Below, piece by piece: positions 19,504 through 29,925 of a DNA stretch of 64,000 nucleotides. The stretch is taken from assembly GCA_029262695.1 (NCBI GenBank), contig JAJCYV010000027.1, positions 811-64,810 of the forward strand, read 5' to 3'. Source of the stretch: Chloroflexota bacterium. Lineage in GTDB: Bacteria > Chloroflexota > Dehalococcoidia > SM23-28-2 > RBG-16-64-32. Position 1 is the stretch's first letter. Every line of letters begins with the position of its first letter. The translations under genes were made by a program, and so were the position numbers. A model generated the notes under the pieces. That model ran no database searches, was not told where the DNA came from, and saw only the letters and a program-made list of their open reading frames with translations.

Positions 19504-19860
19504 CCCGCGTGCCCGACTCGCCGCCAGCCGATGATTCCGTAGTCCCTCCACTGAAGCGGCCCCCTTGCAGGCGCTGTAAGGTCAGCGATTGGCTAATCGA
19601 GGTGCGCCCGAAGTCACGACTGCGCTGGGCGATCGAGATTCTCTTCGCCGTGCCGGACGTGCTGATCTTCCAGAGCGAATCGGCCGGCTGGCCTGGCAAA
19701 GAGTACGAGCGCTGGACGTGCGCGCGTTGCGGTCGCTCGGTCCGGGTAGCGCGCTCTTGATGTATCGCTGAACGGCGTCCGAACGGGCCGTTTGCCCGGC
19801 GCGGCGATTGCGGTTACGTTTCACCTGCAACAGGCTCACGCGTGCCAGGGGTAGAGGGAT

Positions 19861-20946
19861 ATGGACGGACCGTCACCGGCCGAGAGGAACGCTATGGCGC
19901 AGCGCCTCATCAGCCGCAACAAGCTGGTCGAGGCGCTCGATCTCTTGAACGAAACGATACGAGACGCCCCTCGCTTTGCCGCAACGTTCGAAAACCGGGC
20001 CGTAGTGTTCGAGGCGCTGGGCATGCACCCGCAAGCGCAGGCTGATAGGCGCAAGGCGGCCGGTCTGCGCGCCGCCCAGCCCGCATCACCGCCGCCGCTG
20101 GACGCGACTCCTGCCGAGCCGCCCGAGTCCGGGTCAGCGGAGGAGCCGGCGCCGATCGTCGCGCCGCCCGGCGATGAATCGTCGGAGGGAAACGAAGCTG
20201 AGCCGCCGGAGAGCGCAGAGGCAGAGGACGCAGAAGAAGAGCCGGAGGACGTTGTAGCCGCGCCTGAGCCGGGCGGTGAGCCGCCGGACGAGCCACCGCC
20301 GCCGGTCATGCCAGCGTATCCGCCGGCGCCTCGGCGTTCGACGGGCGGCGCGCTGCTGCGGGCGGCGGGCGTCGTCCTGTTCGCACTCGGGCTCTTCACG
20401 ATCGCCGGCGTCGTTGCCTACGTCGCGCTCAACTCGATCGGGGACGGCGGCGACGACAGCTCGACGCCCTCGCCGACTGAATCGCCGGCTTCGACGGCGA
20501 CCGCCGAGCCCAGCGAAGGTGGCGCCGGCACGGCGACTGACGTGCCGGCAACGGTAGAGGATGCGCTATCGGGCAGCCCGTACTCGTTCTCGCATCTGGA
20601 GGACGCGTGGCGCGTCCGGGCGCTGGCGGTCTCAGTGGGGGAGATCAGCGAGTCCGTAACGGGCTTCGGGGAACCGGCGGTCGATATCACGCTGAGCGGC
20701 AACGGGGCGACGATGGAGCTGAGCGTTCTCCTCTACGCATCGGCGGAAGCGAAGGACGCGGAGTGGACGCTGGGCGCGGCCCCGGCGCCGAAGGGGGCCG
20801 GCGAGCTGCCCGCCGGATCGTCAGTCTGGTACAACGCCAACGCGATCGTCGTCGTGCGAGTGGCGGATGCGGCGCTGAGGCAGGACGCGCTTGACGGGTT
20901 CCTGGCGCTGGGCGAGGTGGCCGAGGAGTCACCGGCCGAAGAGTGA
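19861..20946 (+). CDS. hypothetical single-pass membrane protein: N-terminal TPR-like helix pair, acidic/Pro-rich linker, TM helix, Ser/Thr-rich spacer and C-terminal extracytoplasmic domain
   Basis: 361 aa. Low-complexity stretches are PEPGGEPPDEPPPP and SSTPSPTESPASTATAEPSEGG. The TM helix is AAGVVLFALGLFTIAGVVAYVAL. No catalytic motifs. The alternative start is MAQRLIS at 19894. Confidence 0.5.
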   Translation: MDGPSPAERNAMAQRLISRNKLVEALDLLNETIRDAPRFAATFENRAVVFEALGMHPQAQADRRKAAGLRAAQPASPPPLDATPAEPPESGSAEEPAPIVAPPGDESSEGNEAEPPESAEAEDAEEEPEDVVAAPEPGGEPPDEPPPPVMPAYPPAPRRSTGGALLRAAGVVLFALGLFTIAGVVAYVALNSIGDGGDDSSTPSPTESPASTATAEPSEGGAGTATDVPATVEDALSGSPYSFSHLEDAWRVRALAVSVGEISESVTGFGEPAVDITLSGNGATMELSVLLYASAEAKDAEWTLGAAPAPKGAGELPAGSSVWYNANAIVVVRVADAALRQDALDGFLALGEVAEESPAEE

Positions 20947-20960
20947 GGGGGCCGGCCTTT

Positions 20961-21761
20961 CTAGAGGATCTGCGAGAGGAAGAGCTTGGTGCGGTCTTCT
21001 TTCGGGGCCTCGAAGAACTCCGCCGGCGTTCCCTGTTCGACGATGAGGCCCTCGTCCATGAACATGATGCGGTCGGCGACGCCCTTGGCGAACCCCATCT
21101 CGTGAGAAACGCAGACCATCGTCATGCCACTCTCGGCCAGCTCGTGCATCACGTCCAGCACCTCCTTGATCATCTCCGGATCGAGGGCGGAGGTCGGCTC
21201 GTCGAAGAGCATGATCTTCGGTTGCATAGCCAGCGCTCGGGCGATCGCTACGCGCTGTTGCTGACCGCCGGATAGCTGCGCCGGATACTTATCGATCTGC
21301 TCCGGGATGCCGACGCGCTCGAGGAGCGAGGCGACAAGCTCCTTGGAGTCGGACTTCTTGAGGTGGCGGACGTGCGTCAACGCGAGGCTGATGTTGCGCT
21401 CGATGGTGAGGTGCGGGAAGAGGTTGAACTGCTGGAAGACGATCCCCACCTCGGAGCGGATCTTCTCGACGTTGCGGAGGTCGTTGTTGAGCTCGACGCC
21501 GTCGATGATGATGGTGCCCTCGTCGTGAGGTTCGAGGCGGTTAAGGGTGCGCAGGAAGGTGGACTTGCCGGAGCCCGACGGCCCGATGATGACGACCACT
21601 TCTCTCTCGCGGACGGTCGTTGACACTCCGCAGAGGGCCTGGAAGTCGCCGAACCATTTCTTGACGTCGCGGCAGACGATGATCTCGTTGCCGAGGTCGT
21701 GGCCTTTGGTGGATGGGGCTTCGATAACGGTGTCGTCGGTCATGGCTTTAACGCTCTCCAA
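20961..21761 (-). CDS. amino-acid ABC transporter ATP-binding protein
   Basis: Walker [10 protein letters not shown], signature [15 protein letters not shown], and Walker [13 protein letters not shown]. This is the GlnQ/AapP type. Confidence 0.9.
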   Translation of the reverse strand: MESVKAMTDDTVIEAPSTKGHDLGNEIIVCRDVKKWFGDFQALCGVSTTVREREVVVIIGPSGSGKSTFLRTLNRLEPHDEGTIIIDGVELNNDLRNVEKIRSEVGIVFQQFNLFPHLTIERNISLALTHVRHLKKSDSKELVASLLERVGIPEQIDKYPAQLSGGQQQRVAIARALAMQPKIMLFDEPTSALDPEMIKEVLDVMHELAESGMTMVCVSHEMGFAKGVADRIMFMDEGLIVEQGTPAEFFEAPKEDRTKLFLSQIL

Positions 21762-23022
21762 CGCCCAGGTTACGCTCCAGTTGCTGGCTGGCGCGCGACA
21801 TTGAGAAGGCCACTACCCAGTATATCAACGCGATGAAGAGCAGGGCCTCCGCGTGATGGCCGATGAAGCCCGGCTGCGCCGGCGCAATCCGCGCTACGGC
21901 GAGTAGGTCCGTGAGCGCGAGGATGAAGACGAGTGAGGTGTCCTTGAAGAGGCTGATGAACTGGCTGACGAGCGCCGGAATGACGGCTCGCAGTGCCTGC
22001 GGCAGAACGATCAGAGTGAGGACTTGCAGTCCACCGAGCCCGAGCGCCTGACCGGCCTCCACTTGCCCGCGCGGCACGGCCTGAAGGCCGCCGCGGACGA
22101 TCTCCGCGATATAGGCCGCCGAGAAGAGGATCAGGCCGAGCATCGCCATGAAGACGACCGACATCTCATAGCCCGTAATCGGGATGCCGAGAACGCTGGT
22201 CTCGTGCCTGATGGCCAACCGGAGGATGAAGAACGACATGTAGAGGATCGTGACGAGCGGGACTGCACGGATCATTTCGATGTAGGCGACGCAGAAGATG
22301 CGGATCACGGGGAAGGTGCTGGCGCGGCCGATCGCCAGGAGAACGCCGAGCGGGAACGAGACGGCGATGCCGACGGTGGCGAGGACCATCGTCAGGAAGA
22401 AGCCGCCCCATTCGCGGTCCGGCACGTGAGAGAAGAGCCCGCCCTGGCCCGGCAGGAACGACGGGTAGAGGGCGGTCGGCAGCATGGCCGCCATGAAGCC
22501 AAGGATCCAGAGCCAGACCGTTGTGCTGCGCGCGCGGTCGCGGAAGCGTGAGAAGCGGACGGGCCAGGCCGCGAAGTAGGCCGCGGCGAACGTCGCGATG
22601 CAGGTGCTCGTGAGGATGAGCGCGTCGCCCTCGAGCATGAAGATGTAGAGAGGTACGCAGGCGGCAGCGAAGGCCAGCGGGCGGCGCAGGTCGAGGCTAC
22701 CCCAGAGTCTCCACGAGAGGCCAGACAAGGCGGCCGTGCCGTGGAGCAGTACCCAGATGCGCCAGAACTCATCACGCGGGAAGGGGCCAGTGAAGAACAG
22801 CCCGCGGTTGGCCTCGATGATCTCCCACTCGGCCGTGGCGAAGACGAAGCGCGCCGCCTGGAATGCGGCGAAGCTGAGCATCACCACCGTGACGACGGTG
22901 AGGACTGAGTTGCCCGGGCTGCTGAAGAGGTTGGCTCGCGCCCAGCGGAAGGCGACGACGTGTGGCGGCAGCACGGGGGGGGCGGGGCGGCTCGCAGCGG
23001 TCATTGCCGGGCAGACCTCCAT
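21748..23022 (-). CDS. amino-acid ABC transporter permease (AapM/HisM-like)
   Basis: 424 aa polytopic protein. The permease EAA-like loop region is …[27 protein letters not shown]…. It overlaps the ATPase gene start, which is consistent with operon coupling. Confidence 0.85.
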   Translation of the reverse strand: MEVCPAMTAASRPAPPVLPPHVVAFRWARANLFSSPGNSVLTVVTVVMLSFAAFQAARFVFATAEWEIIEANRGLFFTGPFPRDEFWRIWVLLHGTAALSGLSWRLWGSLDLRRPLAFAAACVPLYIFMLEGDALILTSTCIATFAAAYFAAWPVRFSRFRDRARSTTVWLWILGFMAAMLPTALYPSFLPGQGGLFSHVPDREWGGFFLTMVLATVGIAVSFPLGVLLAIGRASTFPVIRIFCVAYIEMIRAVPLVTILYMSFFILRLAIRHETSVLGIPITGYEMSVVFMAMLGLILFSAAYIAEIVRGGLQAVPRGQVEAGQALGLGGLQVLTLIVLPQALRAVIPALVSQFISLFKDTSLVFILALTDLLAVARIAPAQPGFIGHHAEALLFIALIYWVVAFSMSRASQQLERNLGVGER

Positions 23023-24260
23023 TTGAGCCGGCTGTAGATGCCGTTCATGACGGCAGAGATCGTGAGGCTGAGGCTGAGGTAGGCGGCCATGAGGAGCGCC
23101 ACCAACGGCACTGCCTGGCCCGCCTGGTTGATCGTGACGGCGCCGACGTCGAAGAGGTCCTTGTACGCGACGGCGACGGCGAGGCTGGAGTTCTTCATGA
23201 GGTTCAGGTACTGGTTGGTGAGTGGCGGAATGATAATCGCCATGGCCTGGGGGAGAATGACGAGCCGCAGGCGCTGTGAGCCGTTGAAGCCGAGGGCTTG
23301 AGCGGCCTCAGTCTGGCCTTTAGGGATGGCGAGGATGCTGCCCCGGACGATCTCGGCGATGAAGGAGGCGGTGTAGATGCTGAGTCCGAAGAGGAGCGCC
23401 GTGAACTCCGGCCTGATCGTCATGCCGCCTTCGTATGAGAACCGGCCGACCTCTGGCGAGTCGACGTCAAGCGGTGCGCCCAGGATCAGGAAGCTGGCGC
23501 CGGCGATGGCGAGGAGGGCCCCGGACGCCCCCCACCACGGATAGCTCGGCTGTCCCGTCTCATCCTGCCGGCGCGTCAATAGATAGCGGACTGCGCCCGC
23601 AACGACGATCGCGATAGCGACGAAGATGAACCAGGTGCCGAACCCACTCGTGCCGTGGACTTCGGGTAGGGCGAGGCCGCGGACGGAGAGGAAGGCGATA
23701 CCGAAGAAGTCGAGGGAGTCGCCAATCCTCGGCGCCTTGAGGAAGACGGCGACGTACCAGAAGATGAGCTGTACGACCAGCGGAACGTTGCGGAACGTCT
23801 CGACGTAGAGCGTGGCGACGCGCGAGACGAGCCAGTTGGAGGAGAGTCGCGATACACCGACGATTACGCCGAGCACGGTGGCGATGGCGATGCCGATGAT
23901 CGAGACCTGAATTGTGTTCAGAAGGCCGGTAATGAACGCGCGAGAGTACGAGTCACTCGCCGAATAGTCGAAGCCGAAGGAAGTCTGGTCGATGCTGAAG
24001 CCAGCGCGCTGATCGAGGAAGTCGGCGCTGACATCGATGAAGGGGAACGACCCTTTGGTGCTGACGAACGGGAAGATCTCCAGGCCGATGCCCTCCAGCT
24101 CAGCCTGGATATTGGCGATGAGGACGTAGCCGAAGACGAGGATGACAAGGGCGAAGACGGCCTGGAACAGGTACCGCCGGACGCGCTCGTTGCTCAAGAC
24201 CGTGAGCAACAACGCCGGAGCCCCCAGTAGGCGCCGCTGCGGTCGGGAGGAGGCGGTCAA
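23001..24260 (-). CDS. amino-acid ABC transporter permease (AapQ/HisQ-like)
   Basis: 419 aa. It carries …ASFIAEIVRGSILAIPKGQTEAAQALGF…, the conserved ABC-permease cytoplasmic loop. Confidence 0.85.
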   Translation of the reverse strand: MTASSRPQRRLLGAPALLLTVLSNERVRRYLFQAVFALVILVFGYVLIANIQAELEGIGLEIFPFVSTKGSFPFIDVSADFLDQRAGFSIDQTSFGFDYSASDSYSRAFITGLLNTIQVSIIGIAIATVLGVIVGVSRLSSNWLVSRVATLYVETFRNVPLVVQLIFWYVAVFLKAPRIGDSLDFFGIAFLSVRGLALPEVHGTSGFGTWFIFVAIAIVVAGAVRYLLTRRQDETGQPSYPWWGASGALLAIAGASFLILGAPLDVDSPEVGRFSYEGGMTIRPEFTALLFGLSIYTASFIAEIVRGSILAIPKGQTEAAQALGFNGSQRLRLVILPQAMAIIIPPLTNQYLNLMKNSSLAVAVAYKDLFDVGAVTINQAGQAVPLVALLMAAYLSLSLTISAVMNGIYSRLKWRSARQ

Positions 24261-24343
24261 GTGTCCAGGCTTATGAGGTAGGTGGCCCGGCTGAATCTCA
24301 GCCGGGCCACCATGCTATCGCTAACCAGCCATGTCTTTCGCGC

Positions 24344-25474
24344 TTACTTGAACGGCGGGCTGTAGATCATGCCGCCGTCAGTCCAGAGAGCGTTGAGCGT
24401 GCCGGCGCGCACGATGCCAATCGGCGTGACGTTCGTTTCGTAGATTTCGCCGTAGTTGCCGACCTGAGCAATCACGTCCTGCATGAAGGTCACGTCGACG
24501 TCGAGGCCGGTGTCAGTCACCGCTTCGCCCCCGAATCCGACGCCCAGAAGGCGCGCGACCGAGACGCTCGGTGGGTCAGCAGCCATCGCAGCGACGTTGC
24601 TGCTGGTAACGCCCAGTTCCTCCGCCGCGATCGTGCCGATAACGACCCAGTTGACGATGTCGGACCACTGGGCGTCGTTGTCAATCGTGACGGGGCCGAG
24701 CGGCTCCTTGGAGAACGTCTCTCCGAGGACGACCAGCGCTTCGGGGCCACCGGAGTCAGCCGGGAACTCAGAGCGGCGACCAGCCAACTGCGACTTGTCG
24801 GAAGTCCAGCCGTCACAGCGCTCTTCGATGAACGCCGTCTGCAGCGTGTCGTTGCTATCATACGTGACGAGCTCGGCGTCGGGGAGGCGGTCCGTCAGGT
24901 TCAGTTCGGTCGTCGTGCCCTCCAGCGAGCAGATCGTCGCGGCGGCAAGGTCGTCGACGCTGGTGAATCCGTCTGCGGCGCGGACCATCATGCCCTGACC
25001 GTCGTAGAACGTGGTCGTGGCGAAGGTGAGACCGCTGTCTGCGTCGCGGCCCGTCGTCCACGTGGTGTTGCGGATGAGGACGTCGACCTGTCCGGTCTGA
25101 ACCGCGGTCAACCGGGCCGACGCCGAAAGTGGCGTATAGTCAACGGCCTCGGAGTCGCCGAGGACGGCTGCGGCTACCGCCTTGCAGTAGTCGATGTCAA
25201 AGCCCGCAAACGAGCCGTCCGGCAGCAGGTTGCCGAATCCGGGGACGGCGTTGTTGACGCCGCAGTTCAGGCTACCGCGGTCGATCACGTCCTGCAGGAT
25301 CTGGCTGTGGCTGCCGCTGGGTGCGTCGGTATCGGTGGGTGCTGCGGTGCCGTCACCTGGGGTTGGGCTGTCGGTGGCGTCCCCGTCGTCGTCATCGCCG
25401 CAGGCCGCGAATACAATCACGGCCAGAGCAACGAGAAGCAGGGGAAGAATAGCCACGGAGCGCTTGAGCGTCAT
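24344..25474 (-). CDS. amino-acid ABC transporter substrate-binding lipoprotein (general L-amino-acid AapJ type)
   Basis: 376 aa. The signal and lipobox are …LLLVALAVIVFAACGDDDDG. The periplasmic binding protein family 3 fold is …RGSLNCGVNNAVPGFG…. It is first in a four-gene transporter operon. Confidence 0.85.
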   Translation of the reverse strand: MTLKRSVAILPLLLVALAVIVFAACGDDDDGDATDSPTPGDGTAAPTDTDAPSGSHSQILQDVIDRGSLNCGVNNAVPGFGNLLPDGSFAGFDIDYCKAVAAAVLGDSEAVDYTPLSASARLTAVQTGQVDVLIRNTTWTTGRDADSGLTFATTTFYDGQGMMVRAADGFTSVDDLAAATICSLEGTTTELNLTDRLPDAELVTYDSNDTLQTAFIEERCDGWTSDKSQLAGRRSEFPADSGGPEALVVLGETFSKEPLGPVTIDNDAQWSDIVNWVVIGTIAAEELGVTSSNVAAMAADPPSVSVARLLGVGFGGEAVTDTGLDVDVTFMQDVIAQVGNYGEIYETNVTPIGIVRAGTLNALWTDGGMIYSPPFK

Positions 25475-25595
25475 GAGTCCCTCCTTAGAGTTACTGTTCG
25501 TTCGTCTGGGTGGTCTATGACCGCTATCGATATGTCCGGGCTTAGAGTATGCCGGATTCTAGACAGGCAGGGGGTGTTGCGTCAAGTCGCGGTGG

Positions 25596-26312
25596 TCAGC
25601 GCTCGTCTCGGTTCGGAGTCACGTCGTTTCGCACGCCGGCGCAGTCTTCGTCCGCGTTCGTGGCGGGACAGGCGAGCGCCGTTGCCGTCCGGGTGTCGCC
25701 ACCGCGCAGGAGGTTGCCTGAGTAGTTGTCCTCCCCCGCCTGGATTTGCCAGCCGGAAAGCGTCCTGCCTTCGGCCGTAAGAAGCGAAGCGCGGTCGTCG
25801 AGGCAGGCAGCGGCGGGCTCGACGGCCGTGCAGAAATAGAGGTGCAGGTGCGGCCCGGGCACGGTGCCGCCCCGCCGGTGCTCGCAAGAGGGGTTGCCGA
25901 GTGGTGCTCCGGCCTCGACGATGTCGCCGGGCGCGACGGCCAGGCTGGAGGAGCGCAGGTGGTAGTAGCCGGTGCGGATTCCATCGCCGTGTTCGATCTC
26001 GACGAGGGAGCGATCGGCGACGCGCACGACGCCGGACGCAGCGGCCGTGATCCAGTACTCGTCGTTCTCCGAGGGGTCGCAGAGGAATCCGGTCAGGGGA
26101 GCGCGCGGGGCAAAGTCCAGTGCGTAGCGCGGGGCGCCGCTGGGACAGATGTCGGCGGCGCTGTCGCAATGTGGCCCGCCCACGAAGAACCAGGCTTCGT
26201 CTGCCGCCCAGGGCAGCCGGAACGAGTCCGCATCCCGCGGATCACCATCGTCCCCGGTGCAGGCGACGGCGAGCGCCAGGGAGACAGCGCTCAGGATGAT
26301 GAGACGGCTCAT
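25596..26312 (-). CDS. M23 family metallopeptidase lipoprotein
   Basis: The start is chosen at MSRLIILSAVSLALAVACTG, a lipoprotein signal. The M23/LytM motifs are …IEHGDGIRTGYYHL… and …GPHLHLY (HxH). Confidence 0.75.
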   Translation of the reverse strand: MSRLIILSAVSLALAVACTGDDGDPRDADSFRLPWAADEAWFFVGGPHCDSAADICPSGAPRYALDFAPRAPLTGFLCDPSENDEYWITAAASGVVRVADRSLVEIEHGDGIRTGYYHLRSSSLAVAPGDIVEAGAPLGNPSCEHRRGGTVPGPHLHLYFCTAVEPAAACLDDRASLLTAEGRTLSGWQIQAGEDNYSGNLLRGGDTRTATALACPATNADEDCAGVRNDVTPNRDER

Positions 26313-26397
26313 GAGAGCCACTGTACGGGAAACGCTGTTTTGGGGTGTCCGCCGGGGCTGATTCGAGGTCTTCAACCTGTCGCCGCGGGGGTTGGCT

Positions 26398-27123
26398 TTA
26401 CGCCGGCTGGAGGTGCCTCTCGAAGAAGGTCAGCATCCGGGACCAGGCGTCCTCTGCGGCCGACTCGTCATATCGGGCCCGTAAGGGGCTCAGCGCGCCT
26501 ACGGCGCCCGCCAGGCCGCTGCGTTGGCTCATGAAGCTGTGCCCGGCGTCGTCATAGATTTCGACATCGTGCGCGACGCCGAGTTCCTCAAGGCACCGCT
26601 CGAGGCGGCGGCCCCTTTCCGCAAAGAGGCGATCCTGGCCGCCGTAGCTGGCGATCACCGGGCAGATCCCTTCAAGGTCATGCACCTGGCGGGGCACGTC
26701 ACCATAGAACGTCGCTGCGGCTCCCACCGTGGTGGTCGTTCCCATGAGGAGGGCGAATCCCCCTCCCATACAGAAGCCGGCTACACCGATGCGTGAGCTA
26801 TCGACATCTGAGCGTTGCGCGAGGAGGTCCCTCGCCGCCTCCAGAACCTCAAGGGCCCTTCCGCCTCCCCGGCGATAGGAGGCGACTGTCCGGACGATGC
26901 AGATGGGCATGGGGCCGAGTCCCGCGAACAGGTCTGGCGCCAGAGCGACGTAGCCGGAGTCGGCGAATCGGCGCGTAATACGACGGATGTCGTCGTTCAG
27001 GCCGGTGATTTCGTGGATGACGACGACAGCGGGCCAGGGCCCCTGGCCCGACTCCGGCAAGGCCAGCGAGGCCGGGATGCCGGTCCCGCCGTACTGAACG
27101 TTGACTTCGTTTTGGGTCGTCAT
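26398..27123 (-). CDS. dienelactone hydrolase family protein
   Basis: The true start is ATG 27123 (MTTQNEVNVQY…), giving 241 aa. The nucleophile elbow is GFCMGG. The DLH-type catalytic D/H residues are …YGGQD… and …DDAGHSF. The 5' extension in the six-frame track, up to 28113, overlaps pfk on the other strand and is rejected. Confidence 0.85.
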   Translation of the reverse strand: MTTQNEVNVQYGGTGIPASLALPESGQGPWPAVVVIHEITGLNDDIRRITRRFADSGYVALAPDLFAGLGPMPICIVRTVASYRRGGGRALEVLEAARDLLAQRSDVDSSRIGVAGFCMGGGFALLMGTTTTVGAAATFYGDVPRQVHDLEGICPVIASYGGQDRLFAERGRRLERCLEELGVAHDVEIYDDAGHSFMSQRSGLAGAVGALSPLRARYDESAAEDAWSRMLTFFERHLQPA

Positions 27124-27146
27124 GGTATGTGCTGGGCAAGGAAGAC

Positions 27147-27194
27147 GGAGCGAAAGACTGGATGCGGCCGACAGCCGCCCGGACGGGCGAACCC
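27147..27194. repeat. copy A of a tRNA-Gly-3'-end-derived repeat carrying a GC hairpin (CGCCCG-GA-CGGGCG)
   Basis: GGAGCGAAAGACTGGATGCGGCCGACAGCCGCCCGGACGGGCGAACCC aligns with copy B at 29656..29704 with about 6 mismatches. Its first ~20 nt resemble the complement of the tRNA-Gly 3' end. Confidence 0.6.
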
Positions 27195-27315
27195 ACGATC
27201 CCCTGCTGGCAGTTAGAAGGATACGCGATGGTGGCGGGTTCGGACAGATAGAACTCGGGTTGGCAATCGCGATACACTGCGGTGACTGCGACGTGAGAAG
27301 GAGCGCCTTTACGGA

Positions 27316-28608
27316 ATGACGAACCATCGACTCGGGATACTGGTGGGCGGCGGCCCGGCGCCGGGGATCAACAGCGCCCTGAGCGCCGCCACTATTGGGG
27401 CGATCCAGGCCGGCCTTGATGTGGTCGGCATATATGACGGGTTCCAGCATCTCATGCTGGGACGGACCGACATGGTCCGGCGTCTCGGCATCCCGGACGT
27501 CTCGCGCATTCATTTTCAGGGCGGATCGATCATCCGGACGTCGAGGGCGAACCCGGCGCGCAGCGAAGAGGACCTTGAGGTCACCGTTGAGGCGCTCCGG
27601 AATCTTGAGCTGAGCCATCTGATCACGATCGGGGGCGAAGATACGGCATCCTCGGCCGCCCGGATCTGTGAGCAGGGCGGGGCTGACATCCGCGTTGCGC
27701 ACATCCCCAAGACGATCGACAACGATCTGCCGCTGCCGGCGAACGCGCCAACGTTTGGGTTCGAGACGGCGCGACACGTCGGCACGCAGTGGACGCTGAA
27801 CCTGATGGAAGAGTCGCGTTCGACGAATCGCTGGTGCCTCGTCGCGGTCATGGGACGTTCGGCGGGTCACCTGGCGCTCGGCATCGGGAAGGCGGCGGGA
27901 GCGACGGTGACGATTATCCCGGAGGAGTTCTCCACCTCGACGATTTCGCTCGACGACGTCTGTCTCATCATCGAAGGCGCGATCCTCAAGCGGAGGGCTC
28001 TGGGCTTTCGCCACGGCCTCGCCGTGATCGCCGAGGGCGTCGCCGCCAAGATGGACCCCGAGCAGCTCGCGAACATTCCGGGCGTCGAGGTGGGGCACGA
28101 CACGCACGGGCACATCCGGCTGGAGAAGATCCCGCTTGCGGCCATCATCGAGCGGGAGGTCATGCGCCGCTTTGCCGAGCGTGGGGAGTCACTGTCGCTT
28201 GTTTCCGTAAGCCTCGGGTACGAGCTCCGGTGCGCCGACCCGATTCCTTTCGACATCGACTACACGCGAACGCTCGGATATGGGGCGATCCGATTTCTCG
28301 TCAGGGACGCGGCGGTCGATCCAGCGCTTTCGGGCGGCCTGGTCTGCCTGGAGGACGGCCGCCTCCGCGTGCTTCCGTTCGAAGAGGTGCAGGACCCGCA
28401 AACGGGGCGCATCAACACACGGATGGTCGACGTACAGTCGGAGCACTATCGGGTGGCCCGCGAGTACATGATCCGCATGCGTCGGAGCGACCTCGACGAT
28501 GACGCAATCATGTCGCGTCTCAAAGCGGAGGCGATGTTGAGCGGCGACCGCCTTTCGCAACGGTTCTCACCGATGTTCGACGCCGACGTACTACAGGGTG
28601 CGCTGTGA
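27316..28608 (+). CDS. pfk: 6-phosphofructokinase (PfkA family). ATP or PPi dependence not determinable.
   Basis: 430 aa. The N-terminus is RLGILVGGGPAPGINSAL. The region …ITIGGEDTASSA… is a variant of the GGDGS loop. The sequence PKTIDNDL is also present. Confidence 0.85.
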   Translation: MTNHRLGILVGGGPAPGINSALSAATIGAIQAGLDVVGIYDGFQHLMLGRTDMVRRLGIPDVSRIHFQGGSIIRTSRANPARSEEDLEVTVEALRNLELSHLITIGGEDTASSAARICEQGGADIRVAHIPKTIDNDLPLPANAPTFGFETARHVGTQWTLNLMEESRSTNRWCLVAVMGRSAGHLALGIGKAAGATVTIIPEEFSTSTISLDDVCLIIEGAILKRRALGFRHGLAVIAEGVAAKMDPEQLANIPGVEVGHDTHGHIRLEKIPLAAIIEREVMRRFAERGESLSLVSVSLGYELRCADPIPFDIDYTRTLGYGAIRFLVRDAAVDPALSGGLVCLEDGRLRVLPFEEVQDPQTGRINTRMVDVQSEHYRVAREYMIRMRRSDLDDDAIMSRLKAEAMLSGDRLSQRFSPMFDADVLQGAL

Positions 28609-29624
28609 CCGACTCCGATACCCTGATCGCGACCGCGAAGGCGATGGTCGCACCCGGAAAGGGCATCCTTGCGGCCGACGAATCGATCAAGACCTGCACG
28701 AAGCGGTTTGCCGAGTTCGGGATCGAGTCCACCGAGACGAGCCGTCGCGACTACCGCGAGATGATGTTCCGGGCGCCAGGGGTTGGCGAGTACGTCAGCG
28801 GGGCGATCCTCTACGACGAAACGATCCGCCAGAATGCGGCAGACGGCTCCCGGATCGTCGATGTGCTGAAGGATGCCGGGGTCTTGCCGGGGATCAAAGT
28901 CGACACGGGCGCGAAGCCGCTCGCCGGCGCTCCGGGTGAGACGATCACCGAAGGCCTTGACGGCCTGCGAGATCGCCTCGCAGAGTACCGCGAGATCGGC
29001 GCGCGCTTCACGAAGTGGCGCGCTGTCCTCAGCGTCAGCGACGAGATGCCCAGCCGGTATTGCATCGAGACGAACGCGCACGCGCTGGGCCGGTACGCGG
29101 CTCTGGCGCAGGAGGCGGGCCTTGTCCCGATCGTCGAGCCGGAAGTGTTGATGATCGGCAACCACGACGTCCAGCGCTGCCGCGCGGTCACGGAACAAGC
29201 GCTGCAAACGACGTTCGAGCAGATGTCGGCGCAGCGCGTGCTACTGGAAGGCATCGTTCTCAAGCCGAACATGGTGATCTCCGGAAGCGATTGCCCGCGG
29301 CAGGCTACGAGCGACGAGATCGCTGAGCTGACGCTCAGCACACTGCGCGAGTTCGTGCCCCCCGAGGTGCCCGGAATCGCCTTCCTGTCCGGTGGGCAGA
29401 CGGGCGAGGAAGCCTGCACGAACCTCGACGCGATGGTGCGCCGTGGCGGTCTTCCGTGGGAGCTGACGTACTCTTTCGGGCGCGCTCTGCAGTACCCGAG
29501 CCTCGAGATTTGGGGCGGCTCGAACGTCGCCGAAGCCCAAGCAGCGCTGTTACACCGCGCGCGCATGAGCAGCCTTGCGCGGTCGGGCCGCTACTCCGCA
29601 GGAGAAGAACGCGCCGCCGTCTGA
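28605..29624 (+). CDS. fba: fructose-bisphosphate aldolase, class I
   Basis: 339 aa. The class I (Schiff-base) FBA N-terminus is …[18 protein letters not shown]…. The active-site lysine context is …[11 protein letters not shown]…. Its start overlaps the pfk stop, which is consistent with translational coupling. Confidence 0.9.
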   Translation: MTDSDTLIATAKAMVAPGKGILAADESIKTCTKRFAEFGIESTETSRRDYREMMFRAPGVGEYVSGAILYDETIRQNAADGSRIVDVLKDAGVLPGIKVDTGAKPLAGAPGETITEGLDGLRDRLAEYREIGARFTKWRAVLSVSDEMPSRYCIETNAHALGRYAALAQEAGLVPIVEPEVLMIGNHDVQRCRAVTEQALQTTFEQMSAQRVLLEGIVLKPNMVISGSDCPRQATSDEIAELTLSTLREFVPPEVPGIAFLSGGQTGEEACTNLDAMVRRGGLPWELTYSFGRALQYPSLEIWGGSNVAEAQAALLHRARMSSLARSGRYSAGEERAAV

Positions 29625-29655
29625 CGTCAGGCACGTCTGAGGCGGCGTCTCGGCG

Positions 29656-29714
29656 GGCAAAAGAATGGAGCGGAAGACGGGATTCGGCCGACGGCCGCCC
29701 GTCCGGGCGAACCC
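29656..29714. repeat. copy B of the tRNA-Gly-derived repeat. It is a partial tRNA-Gly copy in which a 21-nt GC hairpin (CGCCCG-TC-CGGGCG) replaces the middle of the T-loop.
   Basis: TGGAGCGGAAGACGGGATTCG at 29656-29676 is identical to the 3' 21 nt of the adjacent tRNA-Gly, including the encoded CCA. It then reads GCCGACGGCCGCCCGTCCGGGCG, then AACCC…GCGACC, which resumes tRNA T-arm sequence. Confidence 0.65.
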
Positions 29715-29748
29715 TGCGGCGACCGAGGGTGCGGCGGCGGGCATAAAA

Positions 29749-29823
<75 letters not shown>

Positions 29824-29925
29824 TCGTAACCTATTATACGCCCGGCTCATCGCCCCGCAAGCGTTGTTGACGCCCGCCGTCCGGCGCTTTAGCCTGCGGT
29901 CTAGCTACTCTATGGAGGTACCAGC

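Noticed and set aside
19452-19760. 102-aa ORF with a CxxC…CxxC zinc-ribbon-like C-terminus (…CRRCKVSDW…CARCGRS…) in the NUDIX/19861 intergenic region
   Set aside because: No in-frame ATG other than one overlapping the NUDIX gene. Candidate GTG starts lack RBS spacing. Codon usage is atypical (cta, agg, tgt). It is possibly a real small protein, but unsupported.
27124-28113. 5' extension of the dienelactone-hydrolase ORF (six-frame ORF 26398..28113)
   Set aside because: It overlaps pfk on the opposite strand. The DLH homology begins at the internal ATG 27123, and the extension is compositionally biased.
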